Below are positions 40,501 to 50,378 of a stretch of DNA of 64,000 nt, piece by piece. The translations under genes and the position numbers were made by a program. The stretch is from Mobula hypostoma (taxonomy: Eukaryota): assembly GCF_963921235.1 (NCBI RefSeq), contig NC_086120.1, positions 28,830,001 to 28,894,000 of the forward strand, given 5' to 3'. The first letter of the stretch is position 1. Each line of letters begins with the position of its first letter. The notes below the pieces were generated by a model. It searched no databases, was not told the origin of the DNA, and saw nothing but the letters and a program-made list of their open reading frames with translations.

Positions 40501-41872
40501 AGACCTTCAAAAGTACAAGTACAGGAGTTGGGATGTTATGCTGAAGTTGTACTAGATATTGGTGAGGCTGAACTTTGAAATATTGTGTGCAATTCTGCTC
40601 ACCGACGTACAGGAAAGATATCGACAAGATTGAAAGAGTACAGAGAGTATTTAACAGTTGCTGGGACTTGAAGACCCTAGTTATAGGGAAAGGTTGAAGA
40701 CATTAGGACTTTATTTTCTGGAGTGTAGGAGAATGAGGAGGGATTTGATAGAGGTATATAAAATTACGAAGGGAATAGATAAGGTTAATGCAAGCAGGCT
40801 TTTTCTATTGAGGTTGGGGGAGACTAGAACTAGATGCCATAGGTTAAGGGTGAAAGGTGAAATGTTTAATGGGAACCCGAGGGGGAACTTCTTCACTCAG
40901 AGGGTGGTGTGAGTGCGGAATGACCTGCCAACAGAATTGGTGGATGGGGCTCAATTACAACATTTAAGAACAGTACACAGATTGGAGGGCTGTGGTCCTG
41001 ATGTGGGTTGATGAGACTAGAATAACAGTTAAGCATGGACTAGATGGGCCAAAGGGCCTGTTTCTGTGCTGTAGTACTCTGTGATTCTGTGTAGAAGTAC
41101 ATGAAAGGCATCTAATTTGAGAGAAAAGATAGAAAACTAAGACACTGATGAATCTTTGGAATACACTGTGCATTTTCAAGACAAATCAAAAAGGTGCTTA
41201 GATTTTAAGCATCAGAAGGAATAAAAGATTAGCAGGTATGTGACACCAATGTGAAATACCAGTCATGATATTATTGAATGATGGAGCAAACACACAGGGC
41301 TAAATAGCCTGTCCTTATTTATTTCGTACATTCAATGTTCCTGTACCACAGTTGTAGGGTTCATCAACCTAACTGTAATAAACCATTTGAAAGTAAGCTC
41401 AGATTTTAAATTAATTGCATTCAATTTTGTCCGGTTTGACAAGCTTCAGCTTTGATGTAAACACTATGTTAGCACCTCTCCATCTGGCATCCACTGCCCA
41501 ATTAAGTCCTGAACCCAACCTTTCATGAACCCCAACTCCTTATCAGTTAAAGCCAAGTTCATGTAAATGAATTATTTAAAACAGGTGGTACTCTGCCGAG
41601 CCAACTGGCCACTGGGTCACGGAGCCCTGAGCCCGGACACCTTGGCCGTGACCACCATCCCCACCAGCAGCCGGCCTTCTGTCAGCCCGTTCCCCCAAGT
41701 TAACTAGCCTGGGTTAGGGAAGTTATACCTGCCCTTTTTGCAATTTTCTATAACTCGGCCAACTCACCTTGAGTTTTTGCGCCTCATTTATACACTGCTG
41801 ATAGCTGCCAATGTAGAAACTGTTCCTCACATCGAAAAGCGGATCCCCCTCCCCCTGCTGCATTGCCGCCAT
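7473..41872 (-). CDS. COPE: Coatomer subunit epsilon, complete 10-exon gene. CDS join: 41768-41872, 34855-34917, 33013-33113, 31653-31805, 28363-28416, 27154-27235, 23963-24118, 9632-9700, 8621-8695, 7473-7520 (906 nt, 301 aa)
   Basis: Manual splicing gives an uninterrupted [38 protein letters not shown]...[15 protein letters not shown], recognisably vertebrate epsilon-COP. All introns are GT-AG with consistent phases. Confidence 0.98.
8621..8695 (-). CDS. COPE: COPE exon 9 ([25 protein letters not shown])
   Basis: 75 nt, CAG acceptor, GTATG donor. Confidence 0.97.
8953..9035. mobile_element. hAT (Charlie-like) MITE
   Basis: CAGGGATTCCCAACCT...AGGTTTGGAAACACCTG termini; 8-bp TSD CCTTAATT/CCTTAAAG (6/8). 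Confidence 0.65.
9632..9700 (-). CDS. COPE: COPE exon 8 ([23 protein letters not shown])
   Basis: 69 nt, TAG acceptor, GTAAG donor. Confidence 0.97.
9720..10385 (-). mobile_element. Degenerate Rex1/Babar-type LINE 3' fragment
   Basis: Similar to the other Rex1 copies (AGGAACTTGAAGCT, GATGCATCCAGATACGATGC). Confidence 0.55.
10823..11809 (+). CDS. L1 ORF1p (coiled coil, RRM, CTD), 328 aa, intact
   Basis: Motifs [32 protein letters not shown]...[13 protein letters not shown]. Confidence 0.92.
   Translation: MMCKNKNKKSASKSDKHKEMQQGEGPSSPTASQDGDNEGESVTLSLILGEIREFRQDNSKQLEDIKGEIVKTNSRIDEAEARILGIEEKLQNAEEVIAEMLKLQDQLQWKLIDQEGRSRRENVRIYGVPEGTEGKPGLMIPFVEKLLRENLDMPAAKDLQIERVHRALAPQPPAGAQPRSILVRFLSYRTKEEVLKRAWQKKGFMWNNCKISLDHDYAPGILARRKEYMETRRVLKENNIRFQTLYPARLRVFYDEGTKTYATVEEAMSDLVDRGLPIKVITQPESLLERIRQKSWQLVGRGCSTRNRVSNYKEKLQIFRRECTENTD
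12172..15961 (+). pseudogene. L1 ORF2p (APE endonuclease, RT, CCHC knuckle) with one frameshift and one in-frame stop
   Basis: APE motifs SYNVNG, LQETH, GDFN, SRIDY, SDH; RT motifs [34 protein letters not shown]; knuckle CWRRC...HIFWDC. Extra A in an A8 run at 13084-13091; TAG at 14321-14323. Confidence 0.93.
16528..17250 (+). mobile_element. 5'-truncated L1 of a different family (ORF2 C-terminus, T-rich 3'UTR, A tail)
   Basis: Translates LQKYWKDIF...[10 protein letters not shown]...LEKIR...FEKTWRPF; AATAAA at about 17230; 12-bp TSD AAAAGTTAATGC with right copy at 17251-17262. Confidence 0.9.
17630..18740 (+). mobile_element. Degenerate Rex1/Babar-type LINE 3' fragment, with a Penelope-like fragment at about 18572-18662
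   Basis: AAGTTCGCCAATGAC (KFADD-like), AAGACAAAGGAG, GAGAGCATCCTAAC...TGCATCACC. Confidence 0.7.
18742..19660 (-). mobile_element. Rex1/Babar-type LINE 3' part (RT C-terminus and DUF1891-like region)
   Basis: ORF 18873-19541: [48 protein letters not shown]; KFADD just upstream. Confidence 0.88.
20650..21615 (+). mobile_element. CR1 3' fragment nested in an older minus-strand CR1 (about 19680-21900)
   Basis: [11 protein letters not shown]; CR1-type 3' end TTTCTGCGCTGTAGTGTTTTATGACTCT. Confidence 0.8.
23288..23789. mobile_element. Tc1/mariner non-autonomous element (MITE)
   Basis: TIRs AACTTAGTGGCCACTTTATTAGGTACA and TGTACCTAATCAAGTGGCCACTGAGTG, flanked by TA. Confidence 0.8.
23963..24118 (-). 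CDS. COPE: COPE exon 7 ([52 protein letters not shown])
   Basis: 156 nt, CAG acceptor, GTAGG donor. Confidence 0.97.
24640..26390 (+). mobile_element. Highly degenerate CR1 ORF2
   Basis: Remnants VANELN, LFKKG, DDTKM, LSEWAN. Confidence 0.6.
27154..27235 (-). CDS. COPE: COPE exon 6 ([27 protein letters not shown])
   Basis: 82 nt, TAG acceptor, GTTAGT donor. Confidence 0.97.
28363..28416 (-). CDS. COPE: COPE exon 5 ([18 protein letters not shown])
   Basis: 54 nt, CAG acceptor, GTAAG donor. Confidence 0.97.
29805..31015 (-). mobile_element. Rex1/Babar-type LINE fragment interrupted by a SINE
   Basis: ORF 29808-30053 [13 protein letters not shown]...AASIIKD...FALLPSG. Confidence 0.8.
30634..30940 (+). 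mobile_element. tRNA-derived SINE with A tail, nested in a Rex1-type LINE
   Basis: A-box TGGCTCAACGA, B-box GGTTCAAAAC; perfect 13-bp TSD AACTTGAAGGTTC at 30621-30633 and 30941-30953. Confidence 0.8.
31653..31805 (-). CDS. COPE: COPE exon 4 ([51 protein letters not shown])
   Basis: 153 nt, CAG acceptor, GTGAGT donor. Confidence 0.97.
31916..32219 (+). mobile_element. tRNA-derived SINE with CORE-like segment
   Basis: A-box TGGCCAAGTGG, B-box AGTTCGAGCC, GTGTCCTTGAGCAAGGCACTTAA; TSD AGCCAAATT at 31907-31915 and 32220-32228. Confidence 0.8.
32279..32314. mobile_element. 36-bp internally deleted hAT MITE
   Basis: CAGGGGGTCCCAACCT...GGAACCCCTG; TSD ACCTACAG/ATCTAGAG (6/8, NTCTAGAN-like). Confidence 0.55.
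33013..33113 (-). CDS. COPE: COPE exon 3 ([34 protein letters not shown])
   Basis: 101 nt, TAG acceptor, GTAAG donor. Confidence 0.97.
34855..34917 (-). CDS. COPE: COPE exon 2 ([21 protein letters not shown])
   Basis: 63 nt, CAG acceptor, GTATGA donor. Confidence 0.97.
36284..36556 (+). mobile_element. V-SINE (HE1-like) with CR1-type 3' tail
   Basis: V-domain-like CTCCCACAGTCGAAAGAC; 3' end GAAGGGCCTATTCCATGCTGTATCTCTAAATAAA. Confidence 0.6.
36557..38725 (-). mobile_element. Rex1/Babar-type LINE, degenerate, interrupted by insertions at about 36958-37650
   Basis: ORFs DIFNISL...[31 protein letters not shown]. Confidence 0.75.
36971..37266. mobile_element. Penelope-like fold-back element with hammerhead motif (copy B), in COPE intron 1
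   Basis: Inverted arms of about 120 bp; hammerhead motif at 37168-37203 (+); 13-bp TSD TATCTATTTTCTG at 36958-36970 and 37267-37279. Confidence 0.8.
38730..41090 (+). mobile_element. CR1 ORF2 3' half, degenerate, interrupted by the Harbinger element
   Basis: [18 protein letters not shown]...[21 protein letters not shown]; CR1 3' tail. Confidence 0.88.
39851..40391 (+). mobile_element. PIF/Harbinger internal-deletion derivative inserted in a CR1
   Basis: Imperfect TIRs, AGCCTGATTTATACTTTTGT versus reverse complement AGGCCAGTTTATACTTCTGC. Internal ORF 39902-40198 (RRRWCVRP...GEFSVLV...[11 protein letters not shown]) resembles a Harbinger transposase N-terminus. CR1 sequence resumes on both sides. 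Confidence 0.8.
41768..41872 (-). CDS. COPE: COPE coding exon 1 ([35 protein letters not shown])
   Basis: ATG in AAGATGGCGGC context; GTGAGT donor at 41767-41762; [14 protein letters not shown] motif. Confidence 0.97.
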
Positions 41873-41970
41873 CTTCCTCGGCTTGCCCTGACAAATGCGC
41901 AGGCGCGGCCTACGTGGCGCCGGAAGTCCGTGTGGGAAGCTCGTCGGCTATTCTGCGCATGCTCCGAAAA
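41860..41970 (-). promoter_or_regulatory. COPE CpG-rich housekeeping promoter
   Basis: YY1 motif GCCGCCATCTT at 41865-41875 overlapping the ATG; NRF1-like TGCGCAGGCGC at 41896-41906 and TGCGCATGCTC at 41954-41964; ETS/GABP CCGGAAGT at 41920-41927; local CpG enrichment. Confidence 0.8.
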
Positions 41971-42116
41971 GAACTGCTGAACTTGGCCGAGTTTTGTCTT
42001 GACTGTAATGCGGGATAATTAACACATCAAAATATTTCTCAGGGGTATTATAATACAAAGCTGGCTATAAAAAGGCCCAACATCACGATCAAAGTGGGAC
42101 GTAATGAGAGCTATAA

Positions 42117-42305
42117 ACTACTGGAGGGAAGGGAATTATCGATATTTCTGGTTGAGACCCATCTGACCGTCTCCCCTCTTCGCTATCAGTCCCGATGCAG
42201 CTTTCCAACCAGAAATATCGATAAGTTTTCTCCGCCACAGATGCTACACGACCCGCTGAGTTCCTCCAGCGGATTGGTTGTTGCTCCAAGTTCCAACACC
42301 TGCAG
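42117..42305. mobile_element. Degenerate Penelope-like fold-back fragment just upstream of the COPE promoter
   Basis: Inverted TTATCGATATTTCTGGTTG / CAACCAGAAATATCGATAA; GATGCT...GCTGAGTTCCTCCAGC family motif. Confidence 0.6.
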
Positions 42306-42839
42306 TTATTGAATATGTTTATAGAGATATTTTTGAATGTTGTCAAAACAGCGTTCAGGAACAAGCCGGAAAGTCCGGTTGGGGCTTGGAATCAGGGCAG
42401 GTTCAAAGCCGTAGCTTTGATAGTAATAATGTAATTTCTGGTAATATTACAAAGCATTCTATTCATGGTTGCCTCTGAGCCTGGGCATAAGTTCTAGATC
42501 TACACCCCTTGTGCAAACTGCTTTCATTGTTAGTATTGCTTGTACTGAATGTTTGTGAATGTACACAAACATTTCATGGTCGCAATCTACTGTCAGCTTC
42601 GGCAGCCTGTGAGTTTGAGGACAGGCCTTGCCAGCTGTCTGTACTATGACGGTCGCTATAATGTGCTCAGCCATGGTGAAGTACCGGAAACTGAGCTGCA
42701 GCAGAAGATTGCACCAGGAAATAAACAGTGTAACAGGAGAAGGTGGGCATCTAGTTGGGAAGGCCTGCCTCATTGGGCTGAAGTCCTTTCTACTATTTCA
42801 AGTGGCAGCAAAATGTTATTTCATTATTTCAGAAAGAAA

Positions 42840-43403
42840 CAATCAGAATCAGGTTTATTATCACCTGCATGTGTTGTGAAATCTGTTAACTTAGCAGCAG
42901 CAGTTCAATGCAATACGTGATATAGAGAAAAAAAAATAAATTAGTATAGGTATATTGAATAGATTAAAAATCATGCTAAAAACAGAAATAATATGTATTT
43001 TAAAAAGTAAGGTAGTGTTCAAGGGTTCAATGTCCATTTAGGAATCGGATGGCAGAGGCGAAGAAGATGTTCCTGAATTGCTGAGTGTATGTCTTCAGGC
43101 TTCTGTACCTCCTACCTGATGGTAATAATGAGGAAAGGGCATGCCCTGGGTGCTGGAGGTCCTTAATAATGGATGTTACCTTTCTGAGACACTGCTCCTT
43201 GAAGACGTCCTGGGTACTTTGTAGGCTAGTACACAAGATGGAGCCGACTAGATATGCAACCCTCTGCAGCTTCTTTCGGTCCTGTGCAGTAGTTCCCCCC
43301 CCCCCACCCCGCAACCAGACGGTGATGCAGCCTGTCAGAATGCTCTCCACGGTGCATCTATAGAAGTTTTCAGTGCATTTGTTGATATCTCTTCAAACTC
43401 CTA
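42840..43403 (-). mobile_element. Rex1/Babar-type LINE 3' end with (ATTCTG)n tail
   Basis: ORF 43027-43350 [11 protein letters not shown]...LLPSGRRYRS; AATCAGAATCAG tail. Confidence 0.82.
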
Positions 43404-43404
43404 A

Positions 43405-46400
43405 TAGACAATAGACAATAGGTGCAGGAGTAGGCCTTTCGGCCCTTCGAGCCAGCACCGCCATTCACTGTGATCATGGCTGATCATCCACAATCAGTAC
43501 CCCGTTCCTGTCTTATCCCCATAACCTTTGATTCTGCTATCTTTAAGAGCTCTATCCATCTCTTTCTTGAAAATGTCCAGAGACTTGGCCTCCACTGCCT
43601 TCTGGGGCAGAGCATTCCACATATCCACCACTCTCTGGGTGAAAAAGTTTTTTCTCAACTCCGTTCTAAACGGCCTACCCCTTATTCTTAAACTGTGGCC
43701 TCTGGTTCTGGACTCACCCGTCAGCGGGAACATGCTTTCTGCCTCCAGCGTGTCCAATCCCTTAATAATCTTACATGTTTCAATCAAATTCCATCTCATC
43801 CTTCTAAATTCCAGTGTATACAAGCCCAGTCGCTCCAATCTTTCAACACATGACAGTCCCGCCATCCCAGGAATTAACCTTGTGAACCTATGCTGCACTC
43901 CCTCAAAAGCAAGAATGTCCTTCCTCAAATTTGGAGACCAAAACTGCACACAATACTCCAGGTGTGGTCTCACCAGGGCCCTGTACAACTGCAGAAGGAC
44001 CTCTTTGCTCCTATACTCAATCCCCCTTATTATGAAGGCCAGCATGCCATTAGCTTTCTTCACTGCTTGCTGTACCTGCATGCTTGCTTTCAGTGACTGA
44101 TGAACAAGAACACCTAGATCTCGTTGTACTTCCCCTTTTCCTAACTTGACTCCATTTAGATAATAATCTGCCTTCCTGTTCTTACCACCAAAGTGGATAA
44201 CCTCACATTTATCCACATTAAAATGCATCTGCCATGCATCCACCCACTCATCCAGCCTGTCCAAGTCACCCTGCATTCTCATAACATCCTCCTCACATTT
44301 CACACTGCCACCCAGCTTTGTGTCATCGGCAAATTTGCTAATGTTACTTTTAATCCGTTCACCTAAATCATTAATGTATATTGTAAACAGCTGCGCTCCC
44401 AGCACTGAACCCTGCGGTACCCCACTGGTCTCCGCCTGCCATTCCGAAAGGGACCCGTTAATCGCTACTCTTTGTTTTCTGTCGGCCAGCCAATTTTCAA
44501 TCCATGTCAGTACTCTGCCCCCAATACCATGTGCCCTAGTTTTGCCCACTAATCTCCTATGTGGAACTTTATCAAAGGCTTTCTAAAAGTCCAGGTACAC
44601 TACATCCACTGGCTCTCCCTTGTCCATTTTCATAGTTACATCCTCAAAAAATTCCAGAAGATTAGTCAAGCATGATTTCCCCTTCTTAAATCCATGCTAA
44701 CTCTGACCTATCCTGTTACTGCCATTCAAATGTGTCGTAATTTCATCTTTTATAATTGCCTCCAGCATCTTTCCCACCACTGACGTCAGGCTAACTGGTC
44801 TATAATTGCCTGTTTTCTCTTCCCTCCTTTCTTGAAAAGTGGGACAACATTAGCCACCCTCCAATCCACAGGAACAGGATCTAGAACATTGGAAAATGAT
44901 TACCAATACATCCACGATTTCTAAAGCCACCTCCTTAAGTACCCTGTGATGCAGACCATCAGGTCCCGGGGACTTATCAGCCTTCAGACCTAATAGTCCA
45001 TTTCCTGCCTAATATAAATTTCCTTTAGTTTATCCATTACCCTAGGTCCTTTGGCCACTATTATATCTGGGAGATTGTTTGTGTCTCCCCTAGTGAAGAC
45101 AGATCCAAAGTACCTGTTCAACTTGTCTGCCATTTCCTTGTTCCCCATAATGAATTCACCCTTTTCTGTCTTCAAGGGCCCAATTTTGGTCTTAACTATT
45201 TTTTTTCCTTTTCACATACCTAAAGAAGCTTTTACTATCCTCCTTTATATTCCTGGCTAGTTTACCTTAGTACCTTATTTTTTCTCCGCGTATTACCTTT
45301 TTAGTTATCTTCTGTTGCCCTTTAAAAGTTTCCCAATCCTCCGGCTTCCCACTCATCTTTGCTATGTTATAATTCTTCTCTTTTATTTTTATACTGCCCA
45401 CTACTTCTCTTGTCAGCCACGGCCTCCCCTTACTCCCTTAGGATCTTTCTTCCTCTTTGGAATGAACTGATCCTGCACCTTCTGCATTATTCCCAGAAAT
45501 ACCTGCCATTGTTGTTCCACTGTCATCCCTGCTAGGGTATTGTTCCATTGAACTTTGGCCAGCTCCTCCCTCATAGCTGCATAGTTCCCTTTGTTCAATT
45601 GTACTATTGACACTTCCGATTTTCCCTTCTCCTTCTCAATTCGTAGATTAAAACTTATCATATTATGGTCACTACCTCCTAATGGCCCTTTACCTCGAGG
45701 TCCCTGATCAAATCCGGTTCATTGCACAACACTAAATCTAGAATAGCGTTCTCTCTGGTGGGCTCCAGTACAAGCTGTTCTAAGAATCCATCTCGGAGGG
45801 ACTCCACAAACTCCATTTCTTGGGGTCCAGCACCAACCTGATTCCTCCAGTCTACCTGCATGTTGAAGTCCCCCATAACAACTGTAGCATTACCATTGCG
45901 ACATGCCAATTTTAACTCTTGATTCAACTTACACCCTACATCCAGACTACTGTTTGGGGGCCTGTAGATAACTCCCATTAGGGTCTTTCTACCCTTAGAA
46001 TTTCTCAGTTCTATCCATACTGACTCTACGTCTCCTGATTCTATGTCCCCCCTCGCAAGGGACTGAATATCATTCCTCACCAACAGAGCCACCCCACCCC
46101 CTCTGCCCATCAGTCTGTCCTTTCGATAGGACGTATACCCTTGAATATTCATTTCCCAGGCCCTGTCCACTTGAAGCCATGTCTCTGTTATTCCCACAAC
46201 ATCATACTTACCAATTTCCAGCTGAGCCTCAAGCCCATCCACTTTATTTCTTATACTCCGTGCATTTCATATACAATACTTTTAATTCATTACTCCCCTC
46301 ACCTCCCACATCAGTTCCTATATCACTTGGCCATACTGTACGATCCCTTCTTGAGCTTTCTGCTGTCATTCTTAACTTTTCTTATTCTCACTTTCCTTTC

Positions 46401-46720
46401 ATCTCCATCCTTATGTTTCCAGTTCGTCCCCTCCCCCCCACAACTTAGTTTAAACACACCCGTGTTGCAGAGGCAAACTTGGCTACCAGAATGCTGGTGC
46501 CCCGCTTATTAAGGTGCAACCCGTCCCTTTTGTACAATTCATCCTTACCCCGAAACATACCCCAGTGGTCCAAGAATGTAAATCCTTGATTCCTGCACCA
46601 GTTCCCCAGCCACACGTTCAGATCCATTATCTCCCTGTTCTTGACCACTCCAGCACAGGGAACTGGAAGCAAACCGGAGATAACCACCCTGGAAGTCCTG
46701 CTTTTCAGCCTTCTTCTGAG
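43405..46720 (-). mobile_element. Relatively young CR1 LINE (ORF1 esterase end, ORF2, 3' tail), 5'-truncated, ORF2 disrupted
   Basis: SGNH motif DGLHLN (46445-46687); APE ORF 45679-46242; RT C-terminal ORF 43494-44549 ([17 protein letters not shown]); (CTATTGT)n tail. Confidence 0.93.
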
Positions 46721-46889
46721 CTGGTATACCTAATAGAGTGGCGACTGAGTGCAATAATGCTGGAATAGAGAGGAAGTCCAACAGAGGGAGATGGATGGAG
46801 CTGGAGGCAGTGAGCTGAATTATACAAAGTCTAGGTTGGAATGTAATGATGAGAAGCTCTATGTGAATATAGTGATGTTTGCTGAAAGT

Positions 46890-47530
46890 TGGGAATGTAG
46901 AGAAGATTTGAAGTTGGGCCAAAGGCTGCCTGATTTGGAGGGCACGTGCTATCATGAGAGGCTGGATAAAATCAGGTTGTTTTCTCTGAGCGGCGGAGGC
47001 AGAGAGGAGATCTGATAGAGGTTTACTAGATTATGAGAGGCATAGCTAGAGTAGACAGGGAGCATCTTTCTCCCAGGGTTGAAATGTCTAATACTTGAGG
47101 GCATACATTGAAGGCGAGAGAGGGTAGATTCAAAGAGAACACAAGAAATAGGAGCAGGAGTCGGCCACCTGGCCCGTCGAGCCTGCTCCGCTATTCAATA
47201 AGATCATGGCTGATCTGGCCATGGACTCATCTCCACCTACCTGCCTTTTCCCCATAACCCTTAATTCCCCTCCTATGCAAAATCTTATCCAACCTTAAAT
47301 GTAGAGGATGTGAGGGGTAAGTTTACTCAGAGAGTGGTGAATGCCTGGAATGCACTGCCTGGTATGGTGGTAGAGGCTTTTAAAAGATGCTTGGACAGAC
47401 ACCTGCATGTAAGGATGATGGAGGGATACGGACATGGTGTAGGTAGGCGGGATCAGTGTTTGCATGTTTTTGATTTGCTTCTTAGCTGGTTCAGCACAAC
47501 ATTCTGGGCTGAATGGCCTGTGCTGTACTA
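46890..47530 (+). mobile_element. CR1 3' fragment with a nested minus-strand CR1 3' end (about 47137-47300)
   Basis: ERLDKIRLFSL and FTQRVVNAWNALP on either side of the insert. Confidence 0.75.
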
Positions 47531-47929
47531 TGCAAGTGTTTCACTGTTTCTCTACAATGGAGAAGGTCCATCCACTCCCATGGTCAGACGTTCTTCAGGA
47601 GCTCCTCCTCTCCCAAAAATGCAGCCTGTTTGCGCCCTTCCTTCCCTCTGTCATTGAGTATTGAAGTTCCTCGGTGCTTAGAGCCCTTATTCCGAGCCCG
47701 GCAGAGCAATGCTGAAGGAACACTGCACCGTCAGGAGTACCCTCTTGCAGATAAAGAAATTTTTGACTGAAAAAAAAGATGAATAATTGCTTCCTCAGGA
47801 GATGTAAAAGATCCCATTCCCAAGTCTTACTCATTCTCAACATTCCATTTGTCTGCCTAATCACTCCCTGAGTATACATTACGTCAGTGACTACATGGCA
47901 GAAAGTACAGTAAGAATCTGATAATCTGC

Positions 47930-48597
47930 TATCTGATTTTAATTCATTACTCCCCTCACCTTTCATATCAATTCCTATTTCACTTGGCCAGACTGTACGA
48001 TCCCTTCTTGAGCTTTCTGCTCCATTGATTCTGTAGTCTTTCTTAACTTTTCTTATTCTCACTTTCCCTTTAACTCCATCCTTATAGTTCCAGTTCATCC
48101 CCTCCTCCCCCCACTATTTAGTTTAAACACACCCGCGTTGCAGTGGCAAACCTGCCTGCCAGAATGCTGGTCCCCCGCCTATTAAGGTGCAACCCATCCC
48201 TTTTGTACAATTCATCCTTACCACAAAACATACCCCAGTGGTCCAAGAATGTAAATCCTTGCTTCCTGCACCAGTTCCTCAGCCACACATTCAGATCCAT
48301 TATCTCCCTGTTCCTGCCCTCTCCAGCACTAATGAAGTATAGTCGCTGTCTTGCCTTCTTTATAACTTCATCGACATGTTGGGACCAGGTTGGGTCCTCA
48401 GAGATCTTGGCATCCAGGAATTTGAAACCGCTCACTCTCTCCACCTCTGATCCCTCTATGAGGATTGGTATGTGTTCCTTCGTCTTACCCTTCCCAAAGT
48501 CCACAATCAGCTCTTTCGTCTTACTGACGTTGAGTGCCAGGTTGTTGTTGCGACACCACTCCACTAGTTGGCATAGCCCAATCCTGTATGCCCTCTA
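47930..48597 (-). mobile_element. Chimeric Rex1 RT fragment fused to a CR1 ORF1-end fragment
   Basis: ORF 48118-48564: LNVSKTKELIVDF...KKARQRLYF joined to GRNREIMDLN...DGLHLN. Confidence 0.8.
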
Positions 48598-49364
48598 CAA
48601 GATTGAACAAGGGAGCTCAATCTTCAAATATTCTCTCTTGAATCAATTGCCCAAAATATTATTATGTTACAGTTTTGGGAGCTTGCTGTGCACAGGTTAG
48701 CTGTTGAGTATCCTGTGACCAGAGCTCAAATGCATTTTATTGCTGGTAAAGTACTTTGGATCATTTTCAAAAATATATATTTTAAAGATACTGGTATAAT
48801 ATCTAAAAACAGTTCATGCTTGCATATGGATGGAGTATTTAGCTGAATAACTTGTCTTCAGATGCTGTGTTTCAGTCTTCAGTGTTCTTGTGAATCATTA
48901 CAGAACTGGAATTTAATATTTCATCCCCAGCACAGTATGTCCACAAATGCAGTGTTTTCCTTGGAGCAGAGCTCAAGGATAATGCATCAATTTCTTTTGT
49001 GTGCTTTAAACTTACAACCACCTGACTTAGAAGCAAGCATGAGCCAAACATATTTTAACTACAGTGATGGGAAATGATACAAGAGTAGACTCTCTTGGCC
49101 TAAGACTCAAGAGGTTAAAACTATACAATCTAATCTGACACAATAGCATGTCTACATTAGGCTTTGTTCACACACAGAAATTGCCTCAGGAATATTTTCT
49201 AGAGTTTCAAATGAATACAGTCCTTTGAAATGGAGACTATTCATCTCTCTCAGAGTTCAGAATCCCAGTTTAGAATCCTCGTAGAGCTACAAACAAAAGC
49301 TTTTGATCTATTGTAGCAGACTACTGTAGAAGTAGGATTAATCAGTTACTAATAATATTATACC

Positions 49365-49615
49365 ATCTGTGGGGAGAAAAAGCAAGAGTTAATCTTTCAT
49401 GTTGAAGAGCCTTCCTCAGAACCACAATTTCCAAGAATTCCTACTGTGAAGATGGTCCATTCTTTTCCATCTATCCTGCTTCCTTCACCCACTCCTGATG
49501 GACGGTCTTTGACCTGAAATGTTAATTCCGTTTCTCTTCCCACAGATGCGGCCACACCTGCTGAGTACTTTCCGCACCATCTATTTTTATTTTAGATGTC
49601 CAGCATTTGTATTTT
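49365..49615. mobile_element. Degenerate Penelope-like fold-back element
   Basis: CATCTGTGGGGAGA / TCTTCCCACAGATG inverted; CCTGATGG...GACCTGAAATGTT. Confidence 0.55.
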
Positions 49616-50378
49616 TTTTTAGATTTTATCTATCCAGCAGCTATGCTTTTGTATATGCCATCTTTTGGATGAAACTCTGGACTGAAAGAGAGTTGAGAAT
49701 ATTGAGCTCTAAGTTACCAATATATTAGATGCAAGAGGTTACAGTAAAAATTGCGATTGTAAGTTCGCAGTTTAGGTCAGTGGGTGATGGGAGAGTGATG
49801 CCCTGTTTATGAAGGAGGACATCATTGCCTCATCTACAAGTAAGAGGCAGAGAGGGAAAAAATCAGATATTTGTGACCCATCTCATTGTTGAATGTGGAT
49901 ACAAGATTCTGTCCAAAGCTGTCACTTTTCAAGTTATTTGGCAGATGGTTCACCCTGAGTCAATCGGATTGTATCCAGAAGAAAGATCACTACGATCTTG
50001 AGCTACTCAAACGAATGAACATCTATATTTGGCACATTTGCCTTGTCACCATGGACGCAGCAGACTGTAACATCATAATCAGCGAGTTGTTTTGTTGGTC
50101 TCCCCTCTTACTGTGGAAAAGGGGTGACACTTCTGTTCCTGGTTAGAGAGAAAGAGAGAGCCTTAGCTTTTGTTTGACCGCAGATCATGGTCTCTCTTTG
50201 GGGGATTTGCAATTGCTTGCTTGGTGGGTGCTGGGTGCTGATGCTTCCTGCTGAAATAAGTGGGAGAGGGCTGATGCTTTGCTGCTACTTGTGCATGTGA
50301 GAGAATTGAGGGGACTTTGGGGTTCTAACATTTTTACTGTCACTCATTCTTTGGGTTCTCTTCTGTATTGAAGATGTT

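Noticed and set aside
43528-44100. 190-aa plus-strand ORF (and 48143-48700)
   Set aside because: Antisense shadow frames of LINE coding sequence.
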